Translations under genes and position numbers: made by a program | Notes under the pieces: generated by a model | Seen by the model: the letters and a program-made list of their open reading frames with translations, nothing else | Told to the model about the DNA's origin: nothing | The model's database searches: none | Shown: one piece after another, positions 52,796 through 62,470 of the stretch | Layout of the letters: each line of letters begins with the position of its first letter | Numbering within the stretch: the stretch's first letter is position 1 | Assembly (NCBI GenBank): GCA_963663035.1 | Contig: OY760074.1 | Location: 1,632,001 to 1,696,000 of the forward strand | From: Acidobacteriota bacterium | GTDB taxonomy: Bacteria; Acidobacteriota; UBA6911; RPQK01; JADFOI01 | DNA: 64,000 bases | Direction of reading: 5' to 3'

Positions 52796-53692
52796 CTATG
52801 CTAGACCCGGGACCATTTGAAGTCCACTCCAAGGGATTGGATCCAGTGCCTGCGACCTAGGTAGTTTGGCCTCTGGCGCCGGCGGCCGATAGGCCAAGGC
52901 GCTGTGAGGCCGGATCTGATTGTAATCCCTCCGCCAGCGTTCTACCAACACCTTGGCTTCCCCCAGCGTGTCGAAGATCTCCATGTTCAGCAGCTCATCC
53001 CGTAGTTTCCCGTTGAAACTCTCAATGTACCCATTCTCCCAGGGGCTGCCCGGCTCGATGTACAAGGTCCTTACCCCAACAGCCTGCAGCCAGTCCCGGA
53101 CCGCCTGTGCCGTAAACTCCGATCCGTTATCGGACCGGATAAACTCAGGCACTCCCCGATCAACGAATAACTCCGCCAGCCGGTCCAACACGTCTTGGTG
53201 ATTCATCTGCCGTTTCACATCAATGGCGAGGCACTCTCTGGTGTACTCATCCAGGATCGTCAATAGCCGAAAGGCTCGCCCATCATGGGTCCGTTCATGC
53301 ACGAAATCATAGCTCCAGACGTGGTTCTTGCGAGCCGCTCGTAACCGAACACAGGAACCGTCATTAAGCCACAGCCTCCTTCGTTTCGGCTGTCTGGACG
53401 GGACTTTCAGCCCTTCTTGTCTCCACAGCCTCTCCACCCGCTTAGGATTCACCTTCCACCCTTCCCCATGAAGTATCGCCGTGACCCGCCGGTAGCCATA
53501 ACGCCCGTATTGCGTAGCCAACTCCACCATCCGGGCCACCAATCGGGCCTCATCATCGGGAATTTGCCTTTCCCTTCGCTGGGTCGATCGAACCTGTCCC
53601 AGCACTTGGCAGGCCCGACGTTCGGAGACTCGCTCTGCTCCTAATCGCTCTCGTACCCACATCACCGCTCGTCTCCTGTTCGCCGGGCCTAG
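52796..53692 (-). CDS. IS3 transposase OrfB (DDE), fused to OrfA by a -1 frameshift
   Basis: [19 protein letters not shown] and [17 protein letters not shown] motifs. Confidence 0.92.
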   Translation of the reverse strand, partial: LGPANRRRAVMWVRERLGAERVSERRACQVLGQVRSTQRRERQIPDDEARLVARMVELATQYGRYGYRRVTAILHGEGWKVNPKRVERLWRQEGLKVPSRQPKRRRLWLNDGSCVRLRAARKNHVWSYDFVHERTHDGRAFRLLTILDEYTRECLAIDVKRQMNHQDVLDRLAELFVDRGVPEFIRSDNGSEFTAQAVRDWLQAVGVRTLYIEPGSPWENGYIESFNGKLRDELLNMEIFDTLGEAKVLVERWRRDYNQIRPHSALAYRPPAPEAKLPRSQALDPIPWSGLQMVPGLA

Positions 53693-53967
53693 AAGTTTCC
53701 CGAGGACACTTCCTTCAGGATCTGCTTGTCCAAAGACAGATCCGCCACCAGCTTCTTCAACCGGGTATTCTCCTTCTCCAACACCTTCAACCTCTTGGCC
53801 TGGTCCAACCGGAGCCCTCCGTACTCTTTGCGCCACCGGTAGTAGGTCTGCTCGCTCACCCCCATCTGCTTCGACACCTGTCCCACCCTCTGTCCTTGGG
53901 CCAGACCCACCTCTGCCTCACGCAGCTTCATGATGATCTGTTCTGCCCTAAACCGCTTCCCTGCCAT
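53689..53967 (-). CDS. IS3 transposase OrfA (HTH)
   Basis: [27 protein letters not shown] and [18 protein letters not shown]. Confidence 0.92.
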   Translation of the reverse strand: MAGKRFRAEQIIMKLREAEVGLAQGQRVGQVSKQMGVSEQTYYRWRKEYGGLRLDQAKRLKVLEKENTRLKKLVADLSLDKQILKEVSSGNF

Positions 53968-54033
53968 CCTTGCCTCCTTCCTAAACCGGAAATCCTAACA
54001 TTCAAACTGGACTCGTTTTAGGGGGCAAGGTCA

Positions 54034-54929
54034 GGTTGCCGTAATAGATCAGGTCAATGCCGGGATAGACTCCGCGCTTTGCCACTTTGCTATAGCTTGG
54101 AACGTTTGTGTGCCACTTTTCAGGATCGTTGCCGATAAAGTAGTGACTCTTGCTGGAAAGCTCCTCCAGAGCTATCAGCTCTGCCTCGCGATTCGCTCCC
54201 ATAAGTTTCATACGCACTGCGGTCAGCATCGTGGGCTCAGTCTCCTCTGCTTGGGCCCAGAACTCGTGCAGTCGATGATCCACCTCGCATCGTCAACAGC
54301 CAAGATCCCCAAGAGTCGGCACAAAGCGGCCTGCGGCAGATTTGCCCTGTTTTACAACTATCAAACACGGGGCCGCAGCTTTGTGCAAAACTTGCTGGAA
54401 AGCACACGCACCTCACTCGCGCCCAAGATGCCACCTCAGCTGGTGCCCTAGAAATAGGTTGTAGCCATCGCCGCGCGCCAGAAAATTCACCGATGCAATG
54501 GATCCGTTTGGCAGGAGAAAGCCGCCTGATGTCTATTTACACCTGACCTTACTCCGCGCTGCCAAAGCTGGAACAGCCACTTTTCGGCAGCCTAGAGCTA
54601 TCAGCTCTGCCTCCGTAGGTCTGCAGGACTCTTTTCTTAACCGGGACGATCAGTTTGCCCTGTCAACGTGCCGGTTTCCGAGGAAATAGGCTTGGCTGCT
54701 TCACCGATGCATCCGTTTGGCCCTGATTAGGCTCAAAGCTCAGCGGCAGCCTACCGTAGGTCTGCAGGACTCTTTTCTTAAGGGACTCAGAAACGGTTTC
54801 CGAGGCAGGCTTGGCTGCTTCCTCCCTCAGTACACCCTTGTGTGGCAGTGGTTCTTGGGTTTGGGCCAGAATTGGCCCAGCAGGAATTAAGCAAAAGACA
54901 AGAGACAAGATTAGCGTGCTAGTTTTCAT
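54034..54929 (-). pseudogene. N-terminal part of an SBBP beta-propeller-type secreted protein, disrupted
   Basis: Signal peptide, YGRLPLSFEPNQGQTD and [30 protein letters not shown]; interrupted by a scrambled segment and IS3. Confidence 0.8.
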
Positions 54930-55028
54930 TACCTCTCCCAGGTGTAAAAAAAATTGAAACGGCTTTTCTTGGAATAGTAAGCCCCTGCCTTATTAGGCTA
55001 AGGACTTTTTCAACGTGGAACGGATAAC

Positions 55029-55044
55029 AGCAAGACCAGTGCCA
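55029..55044 (-). promoter_or_regulatory. Putative sigma-54 promoter of the SBBP gene
   Basis: TGGCAC-TGGTC-TTGCT, 100 bp upstream of ATG 54929. Confidence 0.6.
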
Positions 55045-55375
55045 AAAAGGATAACTGACGCAGAGAAGCCTGTCAAACCCTTTATCTTCTCATTTACCTT
55101 GCCATTTGACTGAGCACCGAGGAGTTCGCACTGAAGCAATTTGTCAACTGAAGTGGTTTCTTGTCAATTTGCATTTACACTCATCAGCTTTGTTTCGGCC
55201 TCCAGGGCAAAAAAGCACACGCCGTCTGCTCGCCATAGATGGTTGCGATGTGGGGATGAATTCAGCGAGGCGGAGAGTTTCAAGTCCGAAGACTAGGGGG
55301 ACGCCATACAATCACAGGGAATTTGAGAGCATCGCGCTATTAGCCATGCTGATCTCCACTGCCGCAATCGGCAAG

Positions 55376-56755
55376 GAGGTTCCGTCAATAAGTGTGTAAA
55401 TAGACATCAGGCGGCTTTCTCCTGGGTGACTGGGTTGACTGGAACTCCATTGACATATTGGGCTCCTTGGTAGACATCCTTCATCAAGTGGGGAGCCTTC
55501 AAACGGCGAAATCTCTTCTCAGCGACCAGCAGCATCTTCCAGATGACAGCCCGTGCGTTGGCCACTTTCTTGAACCTTCGAGCAGCATCGGTTCGCAGTC
55601 GCAGAGCAGAGAAGGGAGACTCCACTGGGTTGGTAGTCCGCAGATGTTGCCACTGCTGTTTGGGATAGTTGTAAAACGTCACCATCCGCTCCCAGTCCTG
55701 GTCGATCAGATCAGCCGCTGCCTCCAGGCCTCTCTTGCTACACCAATGTTGGAATCGTCCTTTGACTCGCTCGGCTTCCTGCCGTGTTTCTGCATAAGGG
55801 ATCTGCCGCAACATCAACAAGGCCGCTTTGTGCCGACTCTTGGGGATCTTGGCCAGCAAGTTGACGATGCGATGATTCCAGCATCTCTGCTCGTCGGCTT
55901 CTGGGAACACGTTGCGCAACGCTCCCCAGATCCCCAGATGCCCGTCAGCGATCACCAGACGGGGTGGGTTCATCCCCCGCTCTTTGAGATCCCGCAGCAC
56001 TTCGGACCAGCTCTGGGTCGATTCTCGATAACCACTACTGACGGACACCACCACTTTAGTGCCATCACTTAAAGCGGCGATCACTACCAGAATCACGGCC
56101 TTCTCCTTCTCCAGCCCTGCTTTGATGTACACGCCGTCCGCCCACAAATACACGACTTCCAGATCATCCAGCCGACGGCTCTGCCAGGCCTCCATTTCTC
56201 CCTGCCACTTCTGTTTCAACCGGGCTACGGTGCTGGGGGACAGCGGCGCTTCTTCCCCTAAAAGCCCTCTCAAGGCCAGATCGAAATCCCCCTCGGCCAG
56301 ACCATGTAAATAGAGTTCTGGAATCAAGTCTCGTACCTCTCGCGTTCGCTTGGCAAACAGCGGCAAGACCCGGCTCTCAAAACGCTCTTCCAGATCCCGC
56401 ACTCGGGGACGCCGCAGCTTGATCGTTCCGCAACTCATCGTCAGTCGCCGCTCCTTGCCGTAGCCGTTGCGATAGCCACCGGAGGCGTCCACTTCTCGGC
56501 GACGCTCATTCTTTCTTCGTCCCAGCAGCTGTGTCACTTCATCCTCCAGCAGTTCCTGTACGTAAAACTGGATCTGCTCTCGCACCCACTCTTCCAGCTG
56601 TTCAAAGCAGACTCTTGACTCCACACTGTGATCAATGTTCTTCTTGCTCATGGCGGTGTGACTCCTTCCTTTCGGGCTCTTCCGCCCGGGTTTTTATTTT
56701 CACCCGGAAGGATAATCACCGCCTGTGCTATTTACACACCTTTTGAGGGTAGCTC
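55376..56755 (-). mobile_element. IS256-family element, copy 1 (1380 bp)
   Basis: 28-bp IRs GAGCTACCCTCAAAAGGTGTGTAAATAG / GAGGTTCCGTCAATAAGTGTGTAAATAG (23/28). Confidence 0.95.
55407..56651 (-). CDS. IS256 family (Mutator-like) transposase
   Basis: YRNGY, YLWADGVY, ADGHLG, QRCWNH and RTTNPVES motifs. Confidence 0.95.
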   Translation of the reverse strand: MSKKNIDHSVESRVCFEQLEEWVREQIQFYVQELLEDEVTQLLGRRKNERRREVDASGGYRNGYGKERRLTMSCGTIKLRRPRVRDLEERFESRVLPLFAKRTREVRDLIPELYLHGLAEGDFDLALRGLLGEEAPLSPSTVARLKQKWQGEMEAWQSRRLDDLEVVYLWADGVYIKAGLEKEKAVILVVIAALSDGTKVVVSVSSGYRESTQSWSEVLRDLKERGMNPPRLVIADGHLGIWGALRNVFPEADEQRCWNHRIVNLLAKIPKSRHKAALLMLRQIPYAETRQEAERVKGRFQHWCSKRGLEAAADLIDQDWERMVTFYNYPKQQWQHLRTTNPVESPFSALRLRTDAARRFKKVANARAVIWKMLLVAEKRFRRLKAPHLMKDVYQGAQYVNGVPVNPVTQEKAA

Positions 56756-56775
56756 GCCCTACGGAGCGAGGGCAG

Positions 56776-56929
56776 CCCGAACGACCGATAATGGACTTAT
56801 ATTATGTAACGTTTCGCCGAGGTGACTCCCAAGGAGTAGAGGTGCTGGGAAGTACGAGATGAGAAGTACCAGGCAGAATACTCCACCCAGGCGAAACTTT
56901 GCATAATATGCATTATCGGTTCGTTCGGG
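56776..56929. other. Inverted pair of dif-like (XerC/XerD) sites
   Basis: Minus strand 56896-56923 reads CGAACCGATAA-TGCATA-TTATGCAAAGT; the partner at 56781-56812 has a 10-bp spacer. Confidence 0.55.
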
Positions 56930-57639
56930 AAATCGCTTCTTCGGAAGTAGTTACTGGGTGAAAGCCTAAGCATTCGCCGGATTGGAAGGGCTAATTGGAA
57001 GAAGCCCAGCCGCGAAAGACAAGTCCCTCCTCCACAGGAAGCAACTCTTTTTGTAAACACTCCACGGCCGAGCTTTTTAGCAAAACATTCCTTTCTTTTA
57101 AGGTTATTAAGGATGCTCCGCACCTTAAAGGCTTTTCCCTGCGGCCTTCTGAAAGGCCCCTGAGGCCCCAGAGGAAAAACGCGAAAAAATGCACAACAAT
57201 GGCGAAGCATATGCAAAAGGCGTGACAGGGCGGATGTCCTGGCGCGATCTTTTGCAGCGGAGCCATTTGCCACCGCCAGTGATCGCGGAGTGAGAGGCGC
57301 AACTGGGCGGGCCCTGGCGGCGCCCGCCCAGAGCGGAGGAAGCAGGGGCGGGTGAATGCCGCTGCGGAAGACCCGGCGATCAGCCGGGACTGGAGCCGGC
57401 AGATGCCGCCCCGGAGTCAGGAGCGATTGCGCCGAACCGGAGCGAACTCAATTGATGCCGCCCGGAGCGGGCTGGACCGGAGCCGCGGAAGACCCGGCGA
57501 GTAGCCGGGGCTGAAGCGCTGCGGAGGGCAGACCGCGGAGGGCGTACCATAGACTGCGCCTTCATTTCTTCTGTTACCTAATCCCCTCAAATACGACTAC
57601 TCGTTCGGAATAACACTTTGGATACAGTAATTCCTCTAA

Positions 57640-58011
57640 TCAAATATCAATGAGCTCAAGGCTGATGAGGAGAGCTCGATTAACCTGTTCCATTGTTTCG
57701 GATGATACTGCCCCAAGCGATCTAACCAAGCGTCTTTTGTCAATCGAACGGACTTGATTAAGTAGCACTACCGAGTCAGTTGTTAGACCTCCCTCCCGAG
57801 ATCTTATCAGGACTTCTGTCGGATAAAGTTGGTCGTCAAACTTTGATGTGATGGCAGCGACAATAGTGATGGGACTATACCGATTAGCAATATCGTTTTG
57901 CAAAATTAAAGCCGGGCGCGTCTTTGTTATCTCTGCGCCCAGTGTGGGATCAAAGTTGACGAGATAGACCTCGCCACGTTTCGGGAACTTTACCTTACGT
58001 TGCCTTCCCAT
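57640..58011 (-). CDS. PemK/MazF family toxin
   Basis: PKRGEVYLVNFDPTLGAEITKTRPALILQND and QVRSIDKRRL. Confidence 0.95.
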   Translation of the reverse strand: MGRQRKVKFPKRGEVYLVNFDPTLGAEITKTRPALILQNDIANRYSPITIVAAITSKFDDQLYPTEVLIRSREGGLTTDSVVLLNQVRSIDKRRLVRSLGAVSSETMEQVNRALLISLELIDI

Positions 58012-58235
58012 GCCTCTTCATCAAGAGCAAACCACTCCTCTACAAGATGGAGGTCTCGTTCAGCTTGCGCTTGTACACCTTTCTTCAACCGTCCTCTCAG
58101 GTTTTCTCGACCGACCTGCTCCACATAGTGTCTAACTGCCGTGTTAATCAGTTTGCTTCGATTGCCCTTTTCTGCCACACGATCAAGCAACCGGACAGTT
58201 TCTTCCGGCAAGGAGATGTTGATCCGTTTATTCAT
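57990..58235 (-). CDS. Ribbon-helix-helix antitoxin (MazE/NdoAI-like)
   Basis: MNKRINISLPEE...NRSKLI; acidic tail EEWFALDEEAW; overlaps the toxin start. Confidence 0.85.
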   Translation of the reverse strand: MNKRINISLPEETVRLLDRVAEKGNRSKLINTAVRHYVEQVGRENLRGRLKKGVQAQAERDLHLVEEWFALDEEAWEGNVR

Positions 58236-58613
58236 TATTTCTCTACCTCCGTTCATGCTTCCTGAATATTACACACGATTCTTGTGTATGTCAAGGCGAC
58301 AGAATGATCCATCAGAAAGGAGGCTGTCTTACCTGTGTTAAGGTGGGAAATCTTGTATGGTGTAGTAGTCTAGCGATCTTTGCGGGTCAAGTCCTATTTT
58401 TTCTGTAAATTTCGGATCTGGGCGAGCCATGTTGAAGAGCCGTAGCGTTAATCAAACAGACACTGGGATAAACACGCCGGGTCGGCGATTAGTTCACTTC
58501 TCCGACATGCCGACTATACGTCCATGTGACGGTATTCAGATGGACGCGAGCTTCAAGTGGCCGCGCCTGGCAGCCTCCCGAAAACCTTCGTGGAAGTTTC
58601 GAGCAGCACGGCG

Positions 58614-58922
58614 CTAGCTGAAAGTGCTTACAGCCCTTCTCCTTCTCGCCAATAGCCAATGAGGTAGAAACACAAGTACGTCAATCACAATTACAATGGC
58701 CATCATCGTAAGGCTCTGCCCCGCTCTTCTCTGCTCTGACCGAAGTGCCGTTGGATAGCTTTCTTCTCGCTGTCTAGTTAGCTCTTCTTCTGACCGTTCT
58801 GTTGGTCTTACAGGAACCCCTGGAGCAATGCCACGCAGCTCTATACCAGAAGAACGTCTAAACGCCTCATTTGACTGATGTCTCTCGTATTCGTAGGCAT
58901 TTATCGTAAACTCTGGGTTTTC
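58614..58922 (-). pseudogene. N-terminally truncated membrane protein gene (not in the ORF track)
   Basis: Open frame NPEFTINAYEYERHQSNEAF...EELTRQREESY...IVIDVLVFLPHWLLARR-stop, with no suitable upstream start codon. Confidence 0.55.
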
Positions 58923-59101
58923 CGATGAATGATTGCGACCTGGAGGCTACCAGTTGAAACAGGCAACCGGTAGCTTTCAACCCTGATCAAGGGTTTCTCC
59001 AGGCTTGTTCTTGCAGCCCATTATAACTGCTTTAACTGACGACTCTCAGGTAAGGGGATTGGGGAGAAAAAAACTGAACCTTGATATTATGTGTAGAAAT
59101 T

Positions 59102-59500
59102 TTGATAGCAAGAGCCGATTTGAGAAATATTGCACGAGCTAGATTGAAAGATGCGGAAGTGCTACTCCAATCTCGGCGCTATGCTGGAGCTGTGTACCTG
59201 TGTGGTTATGTAGTTGAGATCGCCTTGAAAGCACGAATCTGCCGCACTTTGAAGTGGGCGGGGTATCCATCTACCAGGGGGGAGTTTCAGAATTATCAGA
59301 GTTTCAGAACTCATAACTTGGACACTCTGCTAAGCCTGTCCGGCACAGAAACCAAGATCAAAAGAGCCTATTTTGCGGAGTGGTCCGTAGTGCAAAATTG
59401 GGATCCAAAACTACGATACAGTCCAGTCCGGACGACTTTAAAACAAGATGCGTTGGATATGATTAATTCGGCTAAAGTAATTTTTAGTGGCCTCAGATGA
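59102..59500 (+). CDS. HEPN domain protein
   Basis: ARARLKDAEVLL..RYAGAVYLCGYVVEIALKA, THNL and W...LRY. Confidence 0.85.
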   Translation: MIARADLRNIARARLKDAEVLLQSRRYAGAVYLCGYVVEIALKARICRTLKWAGYPSTRGEFQNYQSFRTHNLDTLLSLSGTETKIKRAYFAEWSVVQNWDPKLRYSPVRTTLKQDALDMINSAKVIFSGLR

Positions 59501-60135
59501 TCGACACAGATAAGTTGCGAAAATTAATGGATGAAATAGCTCTTGAACAAGGAGCATTCACACTCTTTGGCTTATTCCTTCGTGACGGCCAATGGGCTCT
59601 TGTTGTATCAGCTCCTTGGCTCGAAAGGGGGAAACTTGAAGCCTTTAGCTACCTCTCAGAAAGAGTCGTACCACGCCTAACAGAGAAAGAGCTACTTAGC
59701 CTTTCGCGCATGGAATCGCTCAACGAAGGTGACCCGGCTTTGGAAGCGATCCTTCATACTCTTCGCATTGAGGGTGGCCCTATATTGCAAGGCGAAAATC
59801 TATTTGGGCTTGAAATTCAAGAAGCTCTAGTACTTATGCCCAACACTAAAGGACTCAAGAGGATCGCTGAAGAGGTCATGGAGGAAATGACTAAAAACCT
59901 TCATTTTGCACAGAATATGTTTGAATTCAGAGGGCGTGGATTGATGCAGGCGGAACGAGGTTCGCCAATTTGGAGGATAGCACTCTGGTTTAGAGGAGAT
60001 GAAGGAATCGACGTTGAGGTTACGGTCAAACCGGACACTACCGATGATGAGATCCGTAACCAAATTAGACAGGCGATGGAAAAAAGATTTAGGCAACTCG
60101 GACAAGGGGACGAGCTACCCTCAAAAGGTGTGTAA
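59497..60135 (+). CDS. HEPN partner protein (possibly a degenerate nucleotidyltransferase fold) with an extra C-terminal domain; stop codon supplied by the IS256 end
   Basis: ATGA overlap with the HEPN gene; FTLFGLFLRD..WALVVSAPWL; the final ELPSKGV is IS sequence. Confidence 0.7.
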   Translation: MIDTDKLRKLMDEIALEQGAFTLFGLFLRDGQWALVVSAPWLERGKLEAFSYLSERVVPRLTEKELLSLSRMESLNEGDPALEAILHTLRIEGGPILQGENLFGLEIQEALVLMPNTKGLKRIAEEVMEEMTKNLHFAQNMFEFRGRGLMQAERGSPIWRIALWFRGDEGIDVEVTVKPDTTDDEIRNQIRQAMEKRFRQLGQGDELPSKGV

Positions 60136-61491
60136 ATAGCACAGGCGGTGATTATCCTTCCGGGTGAAAATAAAAACCCGGGCGGAAGAGCCCGAAAGGA
60201 AGGAGTCACACCGCCATGAGCAAGAAGAACATTGATCACAGTGTGGAGTCAAGAGTCTGCTTTGAACAGCTGGAAGAGTGGGTGCGAGAGCAGATCCAGT
60301 TTTACGTACAGGAACTGCTGGAGGATGAAGTGACACAGCTGCTGGGACGAAGAAAGAATGAGCGTCGCCGAGAAGTGGACGCCTCCGGTGGCTATCGCAA
60401 CGGCTACGGCAAGGAGCGGCGACTGACGATGAGTTGCGGAACGATCAAGCTGCGGCGTCCCCGAGTGCGGGATCTGGAAGAGCGTTTTGAGAGCCGGGTC
60501 TTGCCGCTGTTTGCCAAGCGAACGCGAGAGGTACGAGACTTGATTCCAGAACTCTATTTACATGGTCTGGCCGAGGGGGATTTCGATCTGGCCTTGAGAG
60601 GGCTTTTAGGGGAAGAAGCGCCGCTGTCCCCCAGCACCGTAGCCCGGTTGAAACAGAAGTGGCAGGGAGAAATGGAGGCCTGGCAGAGCCGTCGGCTGGA
60701 TGATCTGGAAGTCGTGTATTTGTGGGCGGACGGCGTGTACATCAAAGCAGGGCTGGAGAAGGAGAAGGCCGTGATTCTGGTAGTGATCGCCGCTTTAAGT
60801 GATGGCACTAAAGTGGTGGTGTCCGTCAGTAGTGGTTATCGAGAATCGACCCAGAGCTGGTCCGAAGTGCTGCGGGATCTCAAAGAGCGGGGGATGAACC
60901 CACCCCGTCTGGTGATCGCTGACGGGCATCTGGGGATCTGGGGAGCGTTGCGCAACGTGTTCCCAGAAGCCGACGAGCAGAGATGCTGGAATCATCGCAT
61001 CGTCAACTTGCTGGCCAAGATCCCCAAGAGTCGGCACAAAGCGGCCTTGTTGATGTTGCGGCAGATCCCTTATGCAGAAACACGGCAGGAAGCCGAGCGA
61101 GTCAAAGGACGATTCCAACATTGGTGTAGCAAGAGAGGCCTGGAGGCAGCGGCTGATCTGATCGACCAGGACTGGGAGCGGATGGTGACGTTTTACAACT
61201 ATCCCAAACAGCAGTGGCAACATCTGCGGACTACCAACCCAGTGGAGTCTCCCTTCTCTGCTCTGCGACTGCGAACCGATGCTGCTCGAAGGTTCAAGAA
61301 AGTGGCCAACGCACGGGCTGTCATCTGGAAGATGCTGCTGGTCGCTGAGAAGAGATTTCGCCGTTTGAAGGCTCCCCACTTGATGAAGGATGTCTACCAA
61401 GGAGCCCAATATGTCAATGGAGTTCCAGTCAACCCAGTCACCCAGGAGAAAGCCGCCTGATGTCTATTTACACACTTATTGACGGAACCTC
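60112..61491 (+). mobile_element. IS256-family element, copy 2 (1380 bp), inverted relative to copy 1
   Basis: Same IRs and identical transposase translation. Confidence 0.95.
60216..61460 (+). CDS. IS256 family transposase
   Basis: 414-aa protein identical to 55407-56651. Confidence 0.95.
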   Translation: MSKKNIDHSVESRVCFEQLEEWVREQIQFYVQELLEDEVTQLLGRRKNERRREVDASGGYRNGYGKERRLTMSCGTIKLRRPRVRDLEERFESRVLPLFAKRTREVRDLIPELYLHGLAEGDFDLALRGLLGEEAPLSPSTVARLKQKWQGEMEAWQSRRLDDLEVVYLWADGVYIKAGLEKEKAVILVVIAALSDGTKVVVSVSSGYRESTQSWSEVLRDLKERGMNPPRLVIADGHLGIWGALRNVFPEADEQRCWNHRIVNLLAKIPKSRHKAALLMLRQIPYAETRQEAERVKGRFQHWCSKRGLEAAADLIDQDWERMVTFYNYPKQQWQHLRTTNPVESPFSALRLRTDAARRFKKVANARAVIWKMLLVAEKRFRRLKAPHLMKDVYQGAQYVNGVPVNPVTQEKAA

Positions 61492-61663
61492 CAAGTTGCC
61501 GGGCAATAGCCCTAAAACTCGTACCTTGCTCTCTAAGCCTGTGAACCTCAGCAGGATCAATTGCTGCTGCTAGCCGGCCTAATCTCTTACCGTTGTCACA
61601 ATACTCCCTGAAAATGTTCCAACCTCTCTCCTGGGTGTAGCGTCTCAGATCCGGGAGCTGGCC
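61492..61663 (-). pseudogene. Internally deleted serine recombinase (resolvase) remnant
   Basis: QLPDLRRYTQERGWNIFREYCDNG joined to KRLGR...HRLREQGTSFRAIARQLG (Hin-type HTH); cut by IS256. Confidence 0.7.
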
Positions 61664-61789
61664 AAGTGAAAGAATTGACTTGAAAAACACACCTTGGGCG
61701 CACCTGAGGATTTGTAGAGAGTTATAAACACTTGATAATAAATAGGTTAATGTAATCCCTTGTCAATTCGTGATATAAACAGGATTTTG

Positions 61790-62470
61790 ATGCAAATCCG
61801 AGGCATTATTTTTGATTTCAATGGTGTACTGGTTGATGATGAACCCGTACACTTCCGTGGATTTCAGGAGGCTCTCAAGAAAGAGGGACTGACCTTGAGT
61901 TGGGAGGAGTACTGCCAAAAGTATCTTCCCTATGACGACCGAAACTTTTTCTTACACTTCCTGAACGACCAGAATAGGGAGTCCCACCAGCAGCCCGTCA
62001 ACCAGCTCGTTGATCGTAAATCTCACCACTACTTTAAGGAAATTGAGCGGCACGTTCCGATGATTGAGCCTTCTGTCGATTTTGTGCGCAAGCTCTCTCC
62101 GAAAGTGCTTCTGGCCATTGCATCGGGAGCCGCCAAGAAAGAGATCGAGTTCATTCTGGGTCAGCTCGGATTGCTGGAACGCTTTGCCGCGATCGTGTCG
62201 GCAGCTGATGTCGTCAATGGAAAACCCCATCCTGAAGCCTTCCTCAAAGCCCTGGCTGGACTCAAGGAGCAAGATCCCACCTTGAAACGCGATGAGGTCA
62301 TTGTCATTGAAGACTCTTATCGCGCCATCCGATCAGTCCATATCATCGGCATGAAATGTGTGGCACTGGCCACCACCTATCCCACTGGACAGCTGGGGGA
62401 GGCAGACCTGGTGCTGGAGGGCCTTGAAGGGTGGACCCAACGACGCTTAGAGGAGAGGCTAAGTCAGTGA
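61790..62470 (+). CDS. HAD family phosphatase
   Basis: IIFDFNGVLVD, AIASG, GKPHPE and IEDS motifs. Confidence 0.92.
   Translation: MQIRGIIFDFNGVLVDDEPVHFRGFQEALKKEGLTLSWEEYCQKYLPYDDRNFFLHFLNDQNRESHQQPVNQLVDRKSHHYFKEIERHVPMIEPSVDFVRKLSPKVLLAIASGAAKKEIEFILGQLGLLERFAAIVSAADVVNGKPHPEAFLKALAGLKEQDPTLKRDEVIVIEDSYRAIRSVHIIGMKCVALATTYPTGQLGEADLVLEGLEGWTQRRLEERLSQ

Larger units (their letters stand above)
52767..54033 (-). mobile_element. Complete IS3-family insertion sequence (1267 bp)
   Basis: IRs TGACC(T)TGCCCCC...AACGAGTCCA; orfA and orfB overlap at GGGAAAC; no target duplication. Confidence 0.93.

Noticed and set aside
54234-54720. Diversity-generating retroelement template/variable repeats
   Set aside because: No reverse transcriptase; differences are indels and IS fragments, not adenine-specific substitutions
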